A stretch of DNA of 52,977 nucleotides from Aeromicrobium sp. (GCF_025965075.1 NZ_JAOPXQ010000102.1:1-52977); one strand, 5' to 3'; positions 10,147-20,607 are shown, counted from the stretch's first letter. The notes: a model not told the origin generated them from the letters alone. Program-made: numbers and translations.

Positions 10147-10214
10147 CGGTGACCCCACGCATGGGTCTGCGGACCTGGTCCGCGGTCGACGACGTGTCGA
10201 TGAAGGTGTCCTAC

Positions 10215-10273
10215 TTAGGGTTGACGTGACTTTAAGTCGCCGCTAGGCTGCCTTAGAGTCACTGTCACCTTAA
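10215..10273 (+). promoter_or_regulatory. nad operon promoter (TTGACG-N17-TAGGCT) with two NrtR-type operators
   Basis: 21-bp imperfect palindromes TTAGGGTTGACGTGACTTTAA (10215-10235) and TTAGAGTCACTGTCACCTTAA (10253-10273), each with a GT-N7-AC core; one overlaps the -35 and one the expected start site. Confidence 0.85.
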
Positions 10274-10297
10274 GTCCGGGAAGGACGGCGTACGACG

Positions 10298-10984
10298 ATG
10301 CAGACCTCGATCGACCAGCGGGTGTCCCTCGCGGTCTCGACCGTCATCTTCGCGCTGCGCCCGCATCCCGACACCGGGCTGACGACGCTCTGGCTGCCGC
10401 TGGTGCGCCGGATCCGCGAGCCGTACGAAGGGCAATGGGCCCTCCCCGGCGGCCCGTTGGAGGCCCACGAGGACCTCGCCGCCAGCGCCCGCCACACCCT
10501 CGAGCGGACGACGGGACTGACCCCCAACTACCTCGAGCAGCTCTACGCCTTCGGCAACGTCGACCGCTCGCCCGACGACCGGGTCGTCTCGATCGTCTAC
10601 TGGGCGCTGGTGCAGCCGCACGAGGTCGCCCGGGCCGTCGACGGCGAGAACGTCGAGTGGTTCGTCGCCGACGAGCTGCCCCCGCTGGCGTTCGACCACT
10701 CCGCGATCGTCGACTACGCCCTGGCCCGACTGCGCGCCAAGATCACCTACACACCCATCGCGCACGCGTTCCTGCCACCCGAGTTCACCCTCGCCGACCT
10801 GCGAGCCGTCCACGAGGCCGTCCTGCGGACCACGCTGGACCCGGCCAACTTCCGCCGGCAGGTGCTCGCGACCAAGACCCTCGTCCCCACCGGCACGTGC
10901 CTGCAGGGCACGAGCCACCGTCCCCCCGCGCTGTTCCGCTTCGAGGCCGGCGCCTCCATCCCCGCCCCCGAGGAGCGCAGATGA
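10298..10984 (+). CDS. nrtR: NrtR-family (Nudix + wHTH) NAD-metabolism regulator
   Basis: Degenerate Nudix box (WALPGG...RHTLERTTGL), LEQLYAFG, LAFDH, FTLADL..VHEAVL, DPANFRR, HRPPALFRF; heads the nad operon. Confidence 0.92.
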   Translation: MQTSIDQRVSLAVSTVIFALRPHPDTGLTTLWLPLVRRIREPYEGQWALPGGPLEAHEDLAASARHTLERTTGLTPNYLEQLYAFGNVDRSPDDRVVSIVYWALVQPHEVARAVDGENVEWFVADELPPLAFDHSAIVDYALARLRAKITYTPIAHAFLPPEFTLADLRAVHEAVLRTTLDPANFRRQVLATKTLVPTGTCLQGTSHRPPALFRFEAGASIPAPEERR

Positions 10985-12237
10985 GTTCCGTCAACACCCA
11001 GATCGTCGACCAGCCCGCCCAGAGCTGTGACGTCGAGCTCGCGAAGGGGCCGTGGGAGTTCGACACGTTCCCCGGCTACGGCCCCGGCGCGTCGGAGGAC
11101 GATGTCATCCCCGAGCCGGTCGTCCGTCCCGGCCAGCTCCCCGCGGCCTACCAGCGCATGAGCGACGAGGAGCTGCACGCCAGGATCGTGGCCGCCAAGG
11201 AGACGCTCGGCGACCGGCTGGTCATCCTGGGGCACTTCTACCAGCGCGACGAGGTCATCCAGTACGCCGACTTCGTCGGGGACTCGTTCCAGCTCGCCAA
11301 CGCCGCGCTGACCAAGCCGGACGCCGACACGATCGTGTTCTGCGGCGTGCACTTCATGGCCGAGACGGCCGACATCCTGGCCCGTCCCGACCAGAAGGTC
11401 ATCCTGCCCAACCTGGCGGCCGGCTGCTCGATGGCCGACATGGCCGACGAGGACTCGGTCGAGGCGTGCTGGGAGGAGCTGACCGAGATCTACGGCAGCG
11501 AGCCGGACGCGGACGGCAAGCAGCCGATCATCCCGGTGACCTACATGAACTCCTCGGCCGCCCTCAAGGCGTTCTGCGGCAAGCACGGCGGCATCGTGTG
11601 CACCTCGTCGAATGCCGCCACGGTCCTGGAGTGGGCCTTCGAGCGTGGCCAGCGCGTCCTGTTCTTCCCCGACCAGCACCTGGGCCGCAACACCGCCAAG
11701 GCGATGGGCATCCCGCTCGAGCTCATGCCGATGTGGAACCCCCGCAAACCGCTGGGCGGCAACACCGAGGCCGAGATCGCCGACGCCCGGGTCATCCTGT
11801 GGCACGGCTTCTGCTCGGTGCACAAGCGCTTCACCGTCGCGCAGATCGACAAGGCCCGCGCGGAGCACCCCGGCGTCAAGGTCATCGTCCACCCCGAGAG
11901 CCCCATGCCGGTCGTGGACGCCGCGGACGCGGCCGGCTCGACCGACGCGATCCGCAAGTTCGTCATCGCCTCCGAGCCCGGCGACACGATCGCGATCGGG
12001 ACCGAGATCAACATGGTCAACCGGCTCGCGGCGGAGTTCCCCGATCGGACGATCTTCTGCCTCGACCCGGTCGTCTGCCCGTGCTCGACGATGTACCGGA
12101 TCCACCCGGGCTACCTCGCCTGGACCCTCGACGGTCTCGTCCAGGGCGAGGTCCACAACCAGATCGTCGTCCCCGACGCGATCGCCACCGACGCCAAGGT
12201 CGCGCTCGAGCGGATGCTCGCCGCGCTCCCGAAGTAA
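10981..12237 (+). CDS. nadA: Quinolinate synthase
   Basis: ATGA overlap; ILGHFYQ, FCGVHFMAET, AGCSMADMA, YMNSSA, CTSSNA, PDQHLG, GFCSVH, CPCSTM. Confidence 0.97.
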   Translation: MSSVNTQIVDQPAQSCDVELAKGPWEFDTFPGYGPGASEDDVIPEPVVRPGQLPAAYQRMSDEELHARIVAAKETLGDRLVILGHFYQRDEVIQYADFVGDSFQLANAALTKPDADTIVFCGVHFMAETADILARPDQKVILPNLAAGCSMADMADEDSVEACWEELTEIYGSEPDADGKQPIIPVTYMNSSAALKAFCGKHGGIVCTSSNAATVLEWAFERGQRVLFFPDQHLGRNTAKAMGIPLELMPMWNPRKPLGGNTEAEIADARVILWHGFCSVHKRFTVAQIDKARAEHPGVKVIVHPESPMPVVDAADAAGSTDAIRKFVIASEPGDTIAIGTEINMVNRLAAEFPDRTIFCLDPVVCPCSTMYRIHPGYLAWTLDGLVQGEVHNQIVVPDAIATDAKVALERMLAALPK

Positions 12238-12248
12238 AGGACGGCACC

Positions 12249-13796
12249 ATGACCAGCATCATCGTCGTCGGCAGCGGGATCGCGGGCATGACCGCGGCCC
12301 TGGAGGCCGTGGACTCGTACGACGTCACGCTCCTGACCAAGGCCGATCTGGCCCAGAGCAACACCAGGTACGCCCAGGGGGGCGTCGCGGTCGTGATCGA
12401 CGCGATGGCCGACCCGGGCGCGCCCCGGCTGGGCGACACCGTCGAGTCGCACGTCGCCGACACGCTCGTCGCCGGTGCCGGGCTGAGCGATCCCGAGACG
12501 GTCCGCATCCTGTGCGAGGAGGGGCCCGAGGTCATCGACGAGCTGGTCGCCCGCGGCGTCCAGTTCGACCGCCGCGACGGCGAGCTGTCCCACGGCCTGG
12601 AGGCCGCGCACGCGTACGCCCGCATCCTGCACGCCGGCGGCGACGCGACGGGCGCGGGCATCGCGTACGCCCTGATCGACCGCGTCCGCGAGAGCCGCGT
12701 TGTCGTTCGTGAGCAGACCACCGTCGTCGACCTGGTCGTGGAGCGCGGCACTGTCGTCGGTGTCCGGCTGCTCGGCGGCGAGGAGCTCCGGGCAGACGCC
12801 GTCATCCTGGCGACCGGGGGAGCGGGGCAGCTCTACCCCTACACGACCAACCCCGAGGTCGCGACGGCCGACGGCCTGGGCATGGCGCTGCGGGCCGGGA
12901 CGATCGCGGCGGACCTGGAGTTCTACCAGTTCCACCCGACCTCGCTCGATGCTCCCGGCAACTTCCTGGTCTCCGAGGCGGTCCGTGGCGAGGGCGCCGT
13001 GCTGATCGACGCCGACGGCAAGCGGTTCATGCTCGACGTGCACCCCGACGCCGAGCTCGCGCCGCGCGACGTCGTCGCCCGTGGCATCGCGCAGCAGATG
13101 GCTCGCCAGCCCGGCATCCCGGTGCGCCTCGACGCGACGGCGCTCGGTGCCGAGTTCCTCGCGAAGCGGTTCCCCAACATCGACGCCGCCTGCCGTGCAC
13201 AGGGCTACGACTGGGGTGTCGTGCCGATCCCCGTCACCCCGGCGGCGCACTACTACATGGGTGGCATCCGCACCGACGAGTGGGGACGCACGTCGGTCCC
13301 CGGGCTGTACGCGATCGGGGAGGCCGCGTGCAACGGGCTCCACGGCGCCAACCGGCTGGCGTCCAACTCGCTGCTCGAGGGGGCCGTCTACGGCACCCGG
13401 GTCGTCGAGGCGATCAGGGACCCGAAGCCCGTCGTGCCCTTCGCCGACGACTGGTCGGCCCCGCTGGACCTCGACCTGTCCGAGGACCCCGGCGCCGAGG
13501 ACGTCAGCCGCGCCGACCTGCAGCAGATCATGTGGGACGCCGCCGGACTGGCCCGCACCGGCGCCGACCTCGAGCAGGCCGCCGCCGAGCTCTGTCGGTG
13601 GAGGTCGCCCGCGGTGACCGACGCCAAGGCCGCGGAGGATGCCAACCTCCTGGTCGTCGCCCGCGCCGTGATCGCCAGCGCCCTGGCCCGGCAGGAGTCG
13701 CGCGGCGGCCACTACCGGACCGACTTTCCGCAGACCGACCCCGCCCGGGCCAACCACTCCTCGATCGCCTCGACCGGAGGCCGGACCCATGCTTGA
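12249..13796 (+). CDS. nadB: L-aspartate oxidase
   Basis: GSGIAG FAD motif, YAQGG, LEAAH, QFHPT, SEAVRGEG, ELAPRDVV, AAHYYMGG, GLHGANRLASNSLLE, ESRGGHYR. Confidence 0.96.
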   Translation: MTSIIVVGSGIAGMTAALEAVDSYDVTLLTKADLAQSNTRYAQGGVAVVIDAMADPGAPRLGDTVESHVADTLVAGAGLSDPETVRILCEEGPEVIDELVARGVQFDRRDGELSHGLEAAHAYARILHAGGDATGAGIAYALIDRVRESRVVVREQTTVVDLVVERGTVVGVRLLGGEELRADAVILATGGAGQLYPYTTNPEVATADGLGMALRAGTIAADLEFYQFHPTSLDAPGNFLVSEAVRGEGAVLIDADGKRFMLDVHPDAELAPRDVVARGIAQQMARQPGIPVRLDATALGAEFLAKRFPNIDAACRAQGYDWGVVPIPVTPAAHYYMGGIRTDEWGRTSVPGLYAIGEAACNGLHGANRLASNSLLEGAVYGTRVVEAIRDPKPVVPFADDWSAPLDLDLSEDPGAEDVSRADLQQIMWDAAGLARTGADLEQAAAELCRWRSPAVTDAKAAEDANLLVVARAVIASALARQESRGGHYRTDFPQTDPARANHSSIASTGGRTHA

Positions 13797-14631
13797 GCGC
13801 CGGCAGATCCAGCGCGTCGTCGACGCGGCCCTCGACGAGGACGCGCCGTTCGGCGACCTGACCTCCCAGACCCTCGTACCCGCCACCGCCGTGGCGCGCG
13901 CCGAGCTCGTCGCCCGGGAGCCCGGCGTACTCGCCGGCGCGGACGTCTTCGAGGTCGCGATGACGACCCTCGACCCGGCCGTCAAGGTCACGCTCGAGGC
14001 TCGTGACGGCGACAGCTTCGACACGGGGGCCGTCCTGGCCCGTGTGGAGGGGCCCGCCCGCGTGGTCCTGCAGGCCGAGCGGGTCGCGCTCAACCTCGTG
14101 CAGCGGATGACCGGCATCGCGACGCTGACCCGGACGTACGTCGAGGCGGTCGCGGGCACCGGGGCGCGGGTCGTCGACACCCGCAAGACCACGCCGGGGC
14201 TGCGCGCCCTGGAGCGGCACGCCGTGCGCTGCGGCGGCGGCCACAACCACCGCTACTCGCTGTCGGACGCCGTCATGGCCAAGGACAACCACCTCGCGGT
14301 CATCCCCGACATCACCGCGGCGCTGCGGCAGGCCCGGGTCGACCTGCCGCACACGACCCACATCGAGGTCGAGGTCGACCGGCTCGAGCAGATCGACGCG
14401 GTCCTGGCCTCCGAGGCGGTCGGGACGATCATGCTCGACAACTTCAGCCTCGACGACCTGCGCGCGGGGGTCGAGCGGATCGCGGGTCGCGCCCTGGTCG
14501 AGGCCAGCGGCGGCATCACGCTCGACACGATCGCGGACGTGGCCCGCACCGGGGTCGACGTGATCTCGGTCGGCGCGCTGACCCACAGCGTCCGTGCCCT
14601 CGACCTCGGGCTCGACATCACGGTCTCGTGA
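13789..14631 (+). CDS. nadC: Nicotinate-nucleotide diphosphorylase (quinolinate PRTase)
   Basis: DTRKTTPG, NHRYSLSD, KDNH, EVEVD, MLDNF, EASGG, SVGALTHS. Confidence 0.97.
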   Translation: MLERRQIQRVVDAALDEDAPFGDLTSQTLVPATAVARAELVAREPGVLAGADVFEVAMTTLDPAVKVTLEARDGDSFDTGAVLARVEGPARVVLQAERVALNLVQRMTGIATLTRTYVEAVAGTGARVVDTRKTTPGLRALERHAVRCGGGHNHRYSLSDAVMAKDNHLAVIPDITAALRQARVDLPHTTHIEVEVDRLEQIDAVLASEAVGTIMLDNFSLDDLRAGVERIAGRALVEASGGITLDTIADVARTGVDVISVGALTHSVRALDLGLDITVS

Positions 14632-15731
14632 TCTACCTCGACGAGGCCGCCACGACCCCCGTCAAGCGGGAGGTCCTCGAGGCGATGTGGCCCTATCTGG
14701 GACCCGAGTTCGGCAATCCCTCGAGCCACCACGAGGTGGGGGAGGCGGCCCGCGAGGCGCTGGAGCGGGCGCGCGCCGACGTCGCGTCGGTCCTGGGCGC
14801 CAGGGCCTCGGAGATCACCTTCACCTCGGGCGGCACGGAGTCCGACAACGCCGCGGTCAAGGGCATCGCCCTGGCGTCGACGGGCCGGCACGTCATCGTG
14901 TCGGCGGTCGAGCATCCGGCGGTCCTGGAGTCGGCGGCCTGGCTGGGGAGGATCGGCTACGACATCACGGTCCTGCCCGTCCGGCCGGACGGAGGAGTGG
15001 AGCCCAGGACGCTCGCCGAGGCCCTGCGGGACGACACCGCGGTGGTCAGCATCCAGCTCGCCAACAACGAGGTCGGCACGATCCAGCCGATCGCCGAGCT
15101 CAGCCGGATCACGGGGAAGCGGGGCGTGCCGTTCCACACCGACGCGGTCCAGGCCGCCGGATGGCTCGACCTCGACGTCGACCGACTCGGCGTGCAGGCC
15201 ATGAGCATCTCGGGCCACAAGCTCGGCGCCCCCAAGGGGATCGGGATCCTCTACGTACGTCGGCGGGTCCCGTGCGAGCCGCTGCTCCACGGCGGCGGTC
15301 AGGAGGCCGGACGCCGTTCCGGCACCGAGAATGTCGCCGCGGCGGTGGGCATCGCCGCGGCGCTCCGTCTGGCCGGTGGCCTCGCGGACGACGTCGTGCG
15401 GCGCCGGGACGCCTTCATCGCCCGGGTGCTGGCCGAGGTCCCCGGTGCGGAGCTGACCGGCCACCCGGTCGCCCGGCTGCCCGGCAGCGCCTCGTTCGTC
15501 TTCCCGGGGCGCAGCGGCGAGTCGATCCTGCTCGACCTCGAGCGTCGCGGCATCGTCAGCTCCAGCGGCTCGGCCTGCGCGGCCGGCAGCGACGAGCCGA
15601 GCCACGTGCTGACGGCGATGGGATGTCCCGCCGAGATCGCCCAGACCGCCGTGCGGTTCACCTTCGGCCGCGGCACGACCGCCGAGGAGCTCGATCGCGT
15701 GGCCGACGAGCTGGCCGCCCTCGGCGCCTGA
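14628..15731 (+). CDS. Cysteine desulfurase (IscS/NifS-like), nad-associated
   Basis: IYLDEAATT, FTSGGTESDN, NNEVGT, HTDAVQ, SGHK (PLP Lys), SSGSAC; translationally coupled to nadC. Confidence 0.93.
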   Translation: MIYLDEAATTPVKREVLEAMWPYLGPEFGNPSSHHEVGEAAREALERARADVASVLGARASEITFTSGGTESDNAAVKGIALASTGRHVIVSAVEHPAVLESAAWLGRIGYDITVLPVRPDGGVEPRTLAEALRDDTAVVSIQLANNEVGTIQPIAELSRITGKRGVPFHTDAVQAAGWLDLDVDRLGVQAMSISGHKLGAPKGIGILYVRRRVPCEPLLHGGGQEAGRRSGTENVAAAVGIAAALRLAGGLADDVVRRRDAFIARVLAEVPGAELTGHPVARLPGSASFVFPGRSGESILLDLERRGIVSSSGSACAAGSDEPSHVLTAMGCPAEIAQTAVRFTFGRGTTAEELDRVADELAALGA

Positions 15732-15926
15732 CACCGGCGTCATCGCGAGGCGAACGCGGAGTGCGACCGTGGCCGGTGCGGCTCGTGCCGGGATGCGACG
15801 GGGATCGCCCGACATGCCGTAGGGCCCTTGGTCCCCCTACACTGATCGCGTCTGTGTCAGCCGCGGGGGCGACGATCATCCGGGATCCGGGTGGACGTGT
15901 CTGCGCACACCAGGGGGAAGTGCTCG

Positions 15927-16685
15927 ATGGTCAAGGAATCCACGCGCGATTCAGGTGTGTCCGTGCAGGATCGTCAGCGAGATCGCGCCGCCCGCGGAGT
16001 GCGCTCACGGTCGGCCGTGGCCTCGATGACGTCCGAGCGTCCCTCCCCGCCGCGACGCCGACGCCCGGCCCTCGCCGCGCTGGCCGTGCTGCTGATCGTG
16101 GGCGGTGCCGCCCTCGCCGGTCTGCTGGCCCTGCGGCTGGACTCGCGTGAGCCCGTGCTGATCCTCAAGCAGGACGTGTCGGCCGGTGCCAAGATCACGG
16201 CGGACATGCTGGGCACGACCCCCGTCGCGAGCGAGGGTCTGGCCCTCGTCCCGGAGAGCCAGGCGGACTCGGTCATCGGTACGTACGCGCGCTCGGCCCT
16301 GTCGAAGGGCCAGCTGCTCGACACGACGGTCCTCACGACGGCGGAGCCGTTCGGCACCAACCAGGTCCAGGTCGGCGTGCCCCTCGTCGACGGGCAGATC
16401 CCCCCGGGACTGCGCTCGGGCGACGAGGTCCGCATCGTCCGGCTGGGTGACGGCAACACGCCGGTGCAGCCGCTGGCGGTCGGACTGGTCCTCGGCGCGT
16501 CCGGCAGTGAAGAGGGCGGCCTGGCCAGCGGCGGCACCACGACGTCGACCGGGACGGTCCTGGTCCCGGCGCTCGCCGCCGACTCGGTCGTCGACGCCTC
16601 GGGCAACGAGCTGCTCGGCATGTCCCTGATCCGCCGCGGTGTCGCCGTCGACGACGCACGCCTCCAGGTGCTCGGGGGCCGCTGA
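15927..16685 (+). CDS. SAF-domain Tad/Flp assembly protein (CpaB/RcpC-like)
   Basis: One TM helix followed by a SAF-like segment (VLILKQDVSAGAKITADML...GQLL) and LRSGDEV; first gene of the Tad operon; TACACT -10 candidate at 15838. Confidence 0.75.
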   Translation: MVKESTRDSGVSVQDRQRDRAARGVRSRSAVASMTSERPSPPRRRRPALAALAVLLIVGGAALAGLLALRLDSREPVLILKQDVSAGAKITADMLGTTPVASEGLALVPESQADSVIGTYARSALSKGQLLDTTVLTTAEPFGTNQVQVGVPLVDGQIPPGLRSGDEVRIVRLGDGNTPVQPLAVGLVLGASGSEEGGLASGGTTTSTGTVLVPALAADSVVDASGNELLGMSLIRRGVAVDDARLQVLGGR

Positions 16686-17479
16686 TGAGCCTCATCGCCT
16701 TCGCCTCGGCCAAGGGCTCGCCGGGCGTGACCCAGACCGTGACCGGGCTCGCCTCGGTGTGGCCGCGTGAGGCCGTCGTCGCCGACCTCGACCCGGTAGG
16801 AGGCGACGTGGGGCTGCGCCTGCGCCGCGACGACGGGCTGCCGCTCGACCACGACAACGGCCTGCTGTCCTACGGCGCAGCCCTCCGCGGCGGCAAGGAC
16901 GCCGCGCTCGACGAGCACCTCCAGGTCGCCGAGAACGGCAACCGCGTGCTGGTCGGCGTGGCCGGTCCCGGCCAGGTGCAGGGTCTGGGACCCGCCTGGC
17001 CCTACATCGGTGCCGCACTGCGCGGCTCGACCCCCGACGTGCTGGCCGACTGCGGCCGTCTGGGCCCCGGATCGCCCGTGCTGCCGGTCGTCGAGCGCGC
17101 CTCGGCCCTCGTCATGGTCGCCCGGTCCGACGTCGCCGCCCTGTCCCACCTGCGGGAGCGCCTCGTGTGGCTGTCGGAGTCGCTGCGCGCCGGCGGCGGT
17201 GACCCCGTGCCGACCGGCGTGCTGCTGGTCGGCGACGCCGGCGACCAGCGCAGCGTCGACGACCTCGCCCGCCTGCTCGCGTCGGGCGGCATCGACGCCC
17301 CGGTGCTGGGCACCGTGGCGTACGACCCCAAGACCGTGCGCGCGCTGCTGACCGTGGGGGAGCGGACCCTGCGCCGCTCGCTGTTCGTCCGTTCGCTGCT
17401 CGACGTCGCGTCCCGCGTGCAGGCCCTCGTGGCCGTGCGCGAGCCGGTGTGGACCCCCGAGACGGCGCAGGTGGTCTGA
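16685..17479 (+). CDS. MinD/ParA-like Tad accessory protein (CpaE/TadZ-like), degenerate P-loop
   Basis: LIAFASAKGSPGVT, VVADLDPVGGD, DVLADCGR; lies between the SAF gene and tadA. Confidence 0.75.
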   Translation: MSLIAFASAKGSPGVTQTVTGLASVWPREAVVADLDPVGGDVGLRLRRDDGLPLDHDNGLLSYGAALRGGKDAALDEHLQVAENGNRVLVGVAGPGQVQGLGPAWPYIGAALRGSTPDVLADCGRLGPGSPVLPVVERASALVMVARSDVAALSHLRERLVWLSESLRAGGGDPVPTGVLLVGDAGDQRSVDDLARLLASGGIDAPVLGTVAYDPKTVRALLTVGERTLRRSLFVRSLLDVASRVQALVAVREPVWTPETAQVV

Positions 17480-17481
17480 CG

Positions 17482-18789
17482 ATGGACCAGCTGCTCCTGC
17501 GCCGCCTGCGTGAGGACGTCGCCGACAGGCTGTCCCGTCAGCGCCGGGACGATGCCGCCGCCGGGCTGCCCGGCATGACGAGCGAGGACGAGCGGCAGTT
17601 CGCCCGCGCCGTCATCGCCCGCGTCCTGGAGGGCCACGCCCGCGCCGAGATCGCGGCGGGTCGCACGCCCCCGGACAACGCCGAGGAGGCCGAGCTCGCC
17701 GACGGCATCCACGCCGCGCTCTACGGCGTCGGTCGCCTGCAGCCGCTCCTGGACGATCCCGAGGTCGAGAACATCGACATCAACGGCTACGACAACGTCT
17801 TCGTCGGCTATGCCGACGGCGAGGAGCGTCGCATGCCCCCCGTCGCCGAGAGCGACGACGAGCTCGTCGAGCTCGTGCAGGTGCTGGGCGCCTACTCGGG
17901 TCTGACGAGCCGTCCGTTCGACACCGCCAACCCGCAGCTGGACCTCCGGCTGCCGGACGGCAGCCGCCTGTCGGCGGTCATGGGCGTCACGCAGCGTCCG
18001 TCGCTGTCGATCCGTCGAGCCCGGCTCAGCCGGGTCTCCCTCGAGACGCTGGTCGACAACGGCACCATGACGCCGGACCTGGCGTCGTTCCTCTCGGCCG
18101 CCGTCGGCGCGCGCAAGAACATCATGATCGCGGGGGCGACCAACGCCGGCAAGACGACGCTGCTGCGCGCCCTCGCCAACGAGATCGACCCGAGCGAGCG
18201 CCTCATCACGGTGGAGCGGGCGCTCGAGCTGGGCCTCGGCGAGTTCGAGGACCTGCACCCCAACGTCGTGTCGTTCGAGGAGCGTCTGCCCAACTCGGAG
18301 GGCCGCGGACACATCGGCATGGCCGACCTGGTCCGCCGCTCGTTGCGCATGAACCCCAACCGGGTCATCGTGGGTGAGGTCCTCGGTGACGAGATCGTGA
18401 CGATGCTCAATGCGATGAGCCAGGGCAACGACGGCTCGCTGTCGACGATCCACGCCAACTCCTCGCTCGAGGTGTTCAACCGCATCTGCACGTACGCGAT
18501 CCAGTCCGCCGAGCGTCTGCCGGCCGACGCCACGATGATGCTGATCGCCGGCGCGATCGACTTCGTCGTGTTCGTGGAGCGCCGCAACGAGTTCGCGTCC
18601 GGTGGAGAGCTGCGCCGCGTCATCACGTCGGTCCGCGAGGTCAACGGTGTCGACGGCCGGGTGCTGTCGAGCGAGGTGTTCGCCGAGGGCCCCGAGGGCG
18701 ATGCCGTCGCCGCCGCGTCGATCAGCTGCATGGACGACCTGATCCGGGCGGGCTACCGGCCGGCGCTGTTCCACGGGCAGGACGCCTGA
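17482..18789 (+). CDS. tadA: Tad pilus assembly ATPase TadA/CpaF
   Basis: GRLQPLLDDPEVENIDING, LPDGSR, Walker A GATNAGKTT, LRMNPNRVIVGEV, STIHANS. Confidence 0.95.
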   Translation: MDQLLLRRLREDVADRLSRQRRDDAAAGLPGMTSEDERQFARAVIARVLEGHARAEIAAGRTPPDNAEEAELADGIHAALYGVGRLQPLLDDPEVENIDINGYDNVFVGYADGEERRMPPVAESDDELVELVQVLGAYSGLTSRPFDTANPQLDLRLPDGSRLSAVMGVTQRPSLSIRRARLSRVSLETLVDNGTMTPDLASFLSAAVGARKNIMIAGATNAGKTTLLRALANEIDPSERLITVERALELGLGEFEDLHPNVVSFEERLPNSEGRGHIGMADLVRRSLRMNPNRVIVGEVLGDEIVTMLNAMSQGNDGSLSTIHANSSLEVFNRICTYAIQSAERLPADATMMLIAGAIDFVVFVERRNEFASGGELRRVITSVREVNGVDGRVLSSEVFAEGPEGDAVAAASISCMDDLIRAGYRPALFHGQDA

Positions 18790-19664
18790 TGATCTCGACC
18801 GACCTGCTGCTCCTCGTCCTGATCGGCGCGGTGATCGGCGCTGCCGTCCTGCTGCTGGTGTGGGCGCTGACGCCGCAGGAGCCGTCGCGGATCGTCGTGC
18901 CGTCGACGCTGCTGCCCAGGGTCAAGCGGCTCGGTGCGCGCGTCCCGTTGGCGATCATCGCGGGCCTGGTGCTGCTGGTCCTGACCCGCTGGCCCGTCCT
19001 GGCCGTGGCCGGCGGGCTGCTGGTCTTCTTCGGGCCGATGCTCTTCGGCGGCGCGGCCAGCGAGAAGCGGTCGATCTCCCGCCTCGAGGGCCTCGCGGCG
19101 TGGACCGAGTCGCTCCGCGACACCATCGCGGGCGCTGTGGGCCTGGAGCAGGCGATCCCGGCGACCGCCTACGCCGCGTCCCCGGCCGTCGCGCCCCAGC
19201 TCATCGCGCTGTCGGACCGTCTGCGCGTCCGCACGCCGCTGCCCGTCGCCCTCCAACGGTTCGCCGACGACCTGGACGACCCCAGCGCCGACCTGATCGT
19301 CGCGGCGCTGATGCTCAACGCCAAGCTGCGCGGGCCCGGCCTGCGCGACGTGCTGACGTCGCTCGCCGGCTCGGCGCGCGAGGAGCTGGAGATGCGCCGG
19401 CGCGTCGTCGCCTCCCGCGCCAGCACCCGGCGCAGCGTCCAGATCGTCGTCGGGATCTCGGTGTTCTTCGTGCTGGGCCTGAGCCTGTTCAACCGTGACT
19501 ACGTCGAGCCGTACTCGTCGGCGCTGGGCCAGGTCGTGCTGCTGATCGTCCTGCTGCTGTTCGCGGCCGGCTTCGCCTGGATGCGCCGGCTGTCCGTCTT
19601 CGAGCTGCCGGCCCGGTTCCTGTTCACCGCCCCGCCGACGACGGTCGGGGGAGTACGCCCGTGA
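18789..19664 (+). CDS. tadB: TadB-like (T2SS F-domain) membrane platform protein
   Basis: TM-T2SSF-TM layout (LRDTIAGAVGLEQAI...ALQRFADDLDDP); follows tadA. Confidence 0.85.
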   Translation: MISTDLLLLVLIGAVIGAAVLLLVWALTPQEPSRIVVPSTLLPRVKRLGARVPLAIIAGLVLLVLTRWPVLAVAGGLLVFFGPMLFGGAASEKRSISRLEGLAAWTESLRDTIAGAVGLEQAIPATAYAASPAVAPQLIALSDRLRVRTPLPVALQRFADDLDDPSADLIVAALMLNAKLRGPGLRDVLTSLAGSAREELEMRRRVVASRASTRRSVQIVVGISVFFVLGLSLFNRDYVEPYSSALGQVVLLIVLLLFAAGFAWMRRLSVFELPARFLFTAPPTTVGGVRP

Positions 19665-20578
19665 TGCTCCTCGTGCTCGTCGCCGGTGCCCTCGCGGGCC
19701 TCGGCGCCCTGACCCTGGTCCGCCAGTTCGACCACGGCACCGGCACCGCGGCGTCCGAGCTGGCCCGTCTCGACGCCGCCCGCATGCGTACCCGCGTCCA
19801 GGACTCGCTGACCTCGGACCGTCGGCACAGCGAGGAGTCGCCCCGGCTGCGGCGCCTCGGGTCGTCGGTGTGGACCCTGCTCGAGTCCCGCGGCTGGCGG
19901 ATCCCCGCCGGCGTGCGCGCCAATCTCGCGGTCATGGGCCGGTCGGTCGAGGCGCACCTCGGCATGACGGTGCTGGCCGGCGTCGCGGGGCTGTTCGCCC
20001 CGGCCGTGATGCTCGCGCCCGCCGTCGCGATGTTCGGGATGAGCCCGACCATCCCGCTGTGGCTCGCGTTCGTCGGTGCGCTGGGCGGGGCCGTGCTGAC
20101 CACGGCGCAGCTCGCGACGCAGGCCGGTGAGCGCCGCCGCGACTTCCGCCACGTCGTCGGCGCGTTCCTCGACCTCGTGTCGATGAACCTCGCCGGCGGT
20201 CGGGGCGTCCCCGAAGCGCTCGCGTCGGCGTCCCAGCTCAGTGACGGGTGGGCCATGGTCCGCCTGCGCGACACGATCGAGGCGGCCCGGCTGCAGGGCA
20301 TCACCCCGTGGGCCGCGCTGGGCGACCTCGGCGAGGAGATGGCCGTCGACGAGCTCCGCGACCTCGCCGCCGCCCTGGCCCTCGTGGCCGAGGACGGGGC
20401 CCAGGTGCGCGACTCGCTGTCCGCCCGGGCGGCGTCGATGCGTCAGCGCGAGCTGGCCGACACCGAGAGCCGCGCCGCGCAACGGTCCCAGTCGATGCTC
20501 GTCGCGCAGCTGCTGCTGTGCGTCGGCTTCCTCATCTTCCTCATCTATCCCGCCATCTCCGAGATCGTCGGCATCTGA
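19661..20578 (+). CDS. tadC: TadC-like (T2SS F-domain) membrane platform protein
   Basis: FLDLVSMNLAGGRGVPEAL...G.QVRDSLSARAASMR; C-terminal TM helix. Confidence 0.85.
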   Translation: MMLLVLVAGALAGLGALTLVRQFDHGTGTAASELARLDAARMRTRVQDSLTSDRRHSEESPRLRRLGSSVWTLLESRGWRIPAGVRANLAVMGRSVEAHLGMTVLAGVAGLFAPAVMLAPAVAMFGMSPTIPLWLAFVGALGGAVLTTAQLATQAGERRRDFRHVVGAFLDLVSMNLAGGRGVPEALASASQLSDGWAMVRLRDTIEAARLQGITPWAALGDLGEEMAVDELRDLAAALALVAEDGAQVRDSLSARAASMRQRELADTESRAAQRSQSMLVAQLLLCVGFLIFLIYPAISEIVGI

Positions 20579-20607
20579 TGCCACACCCCCACCCAGGAGG
20601 AACACCC

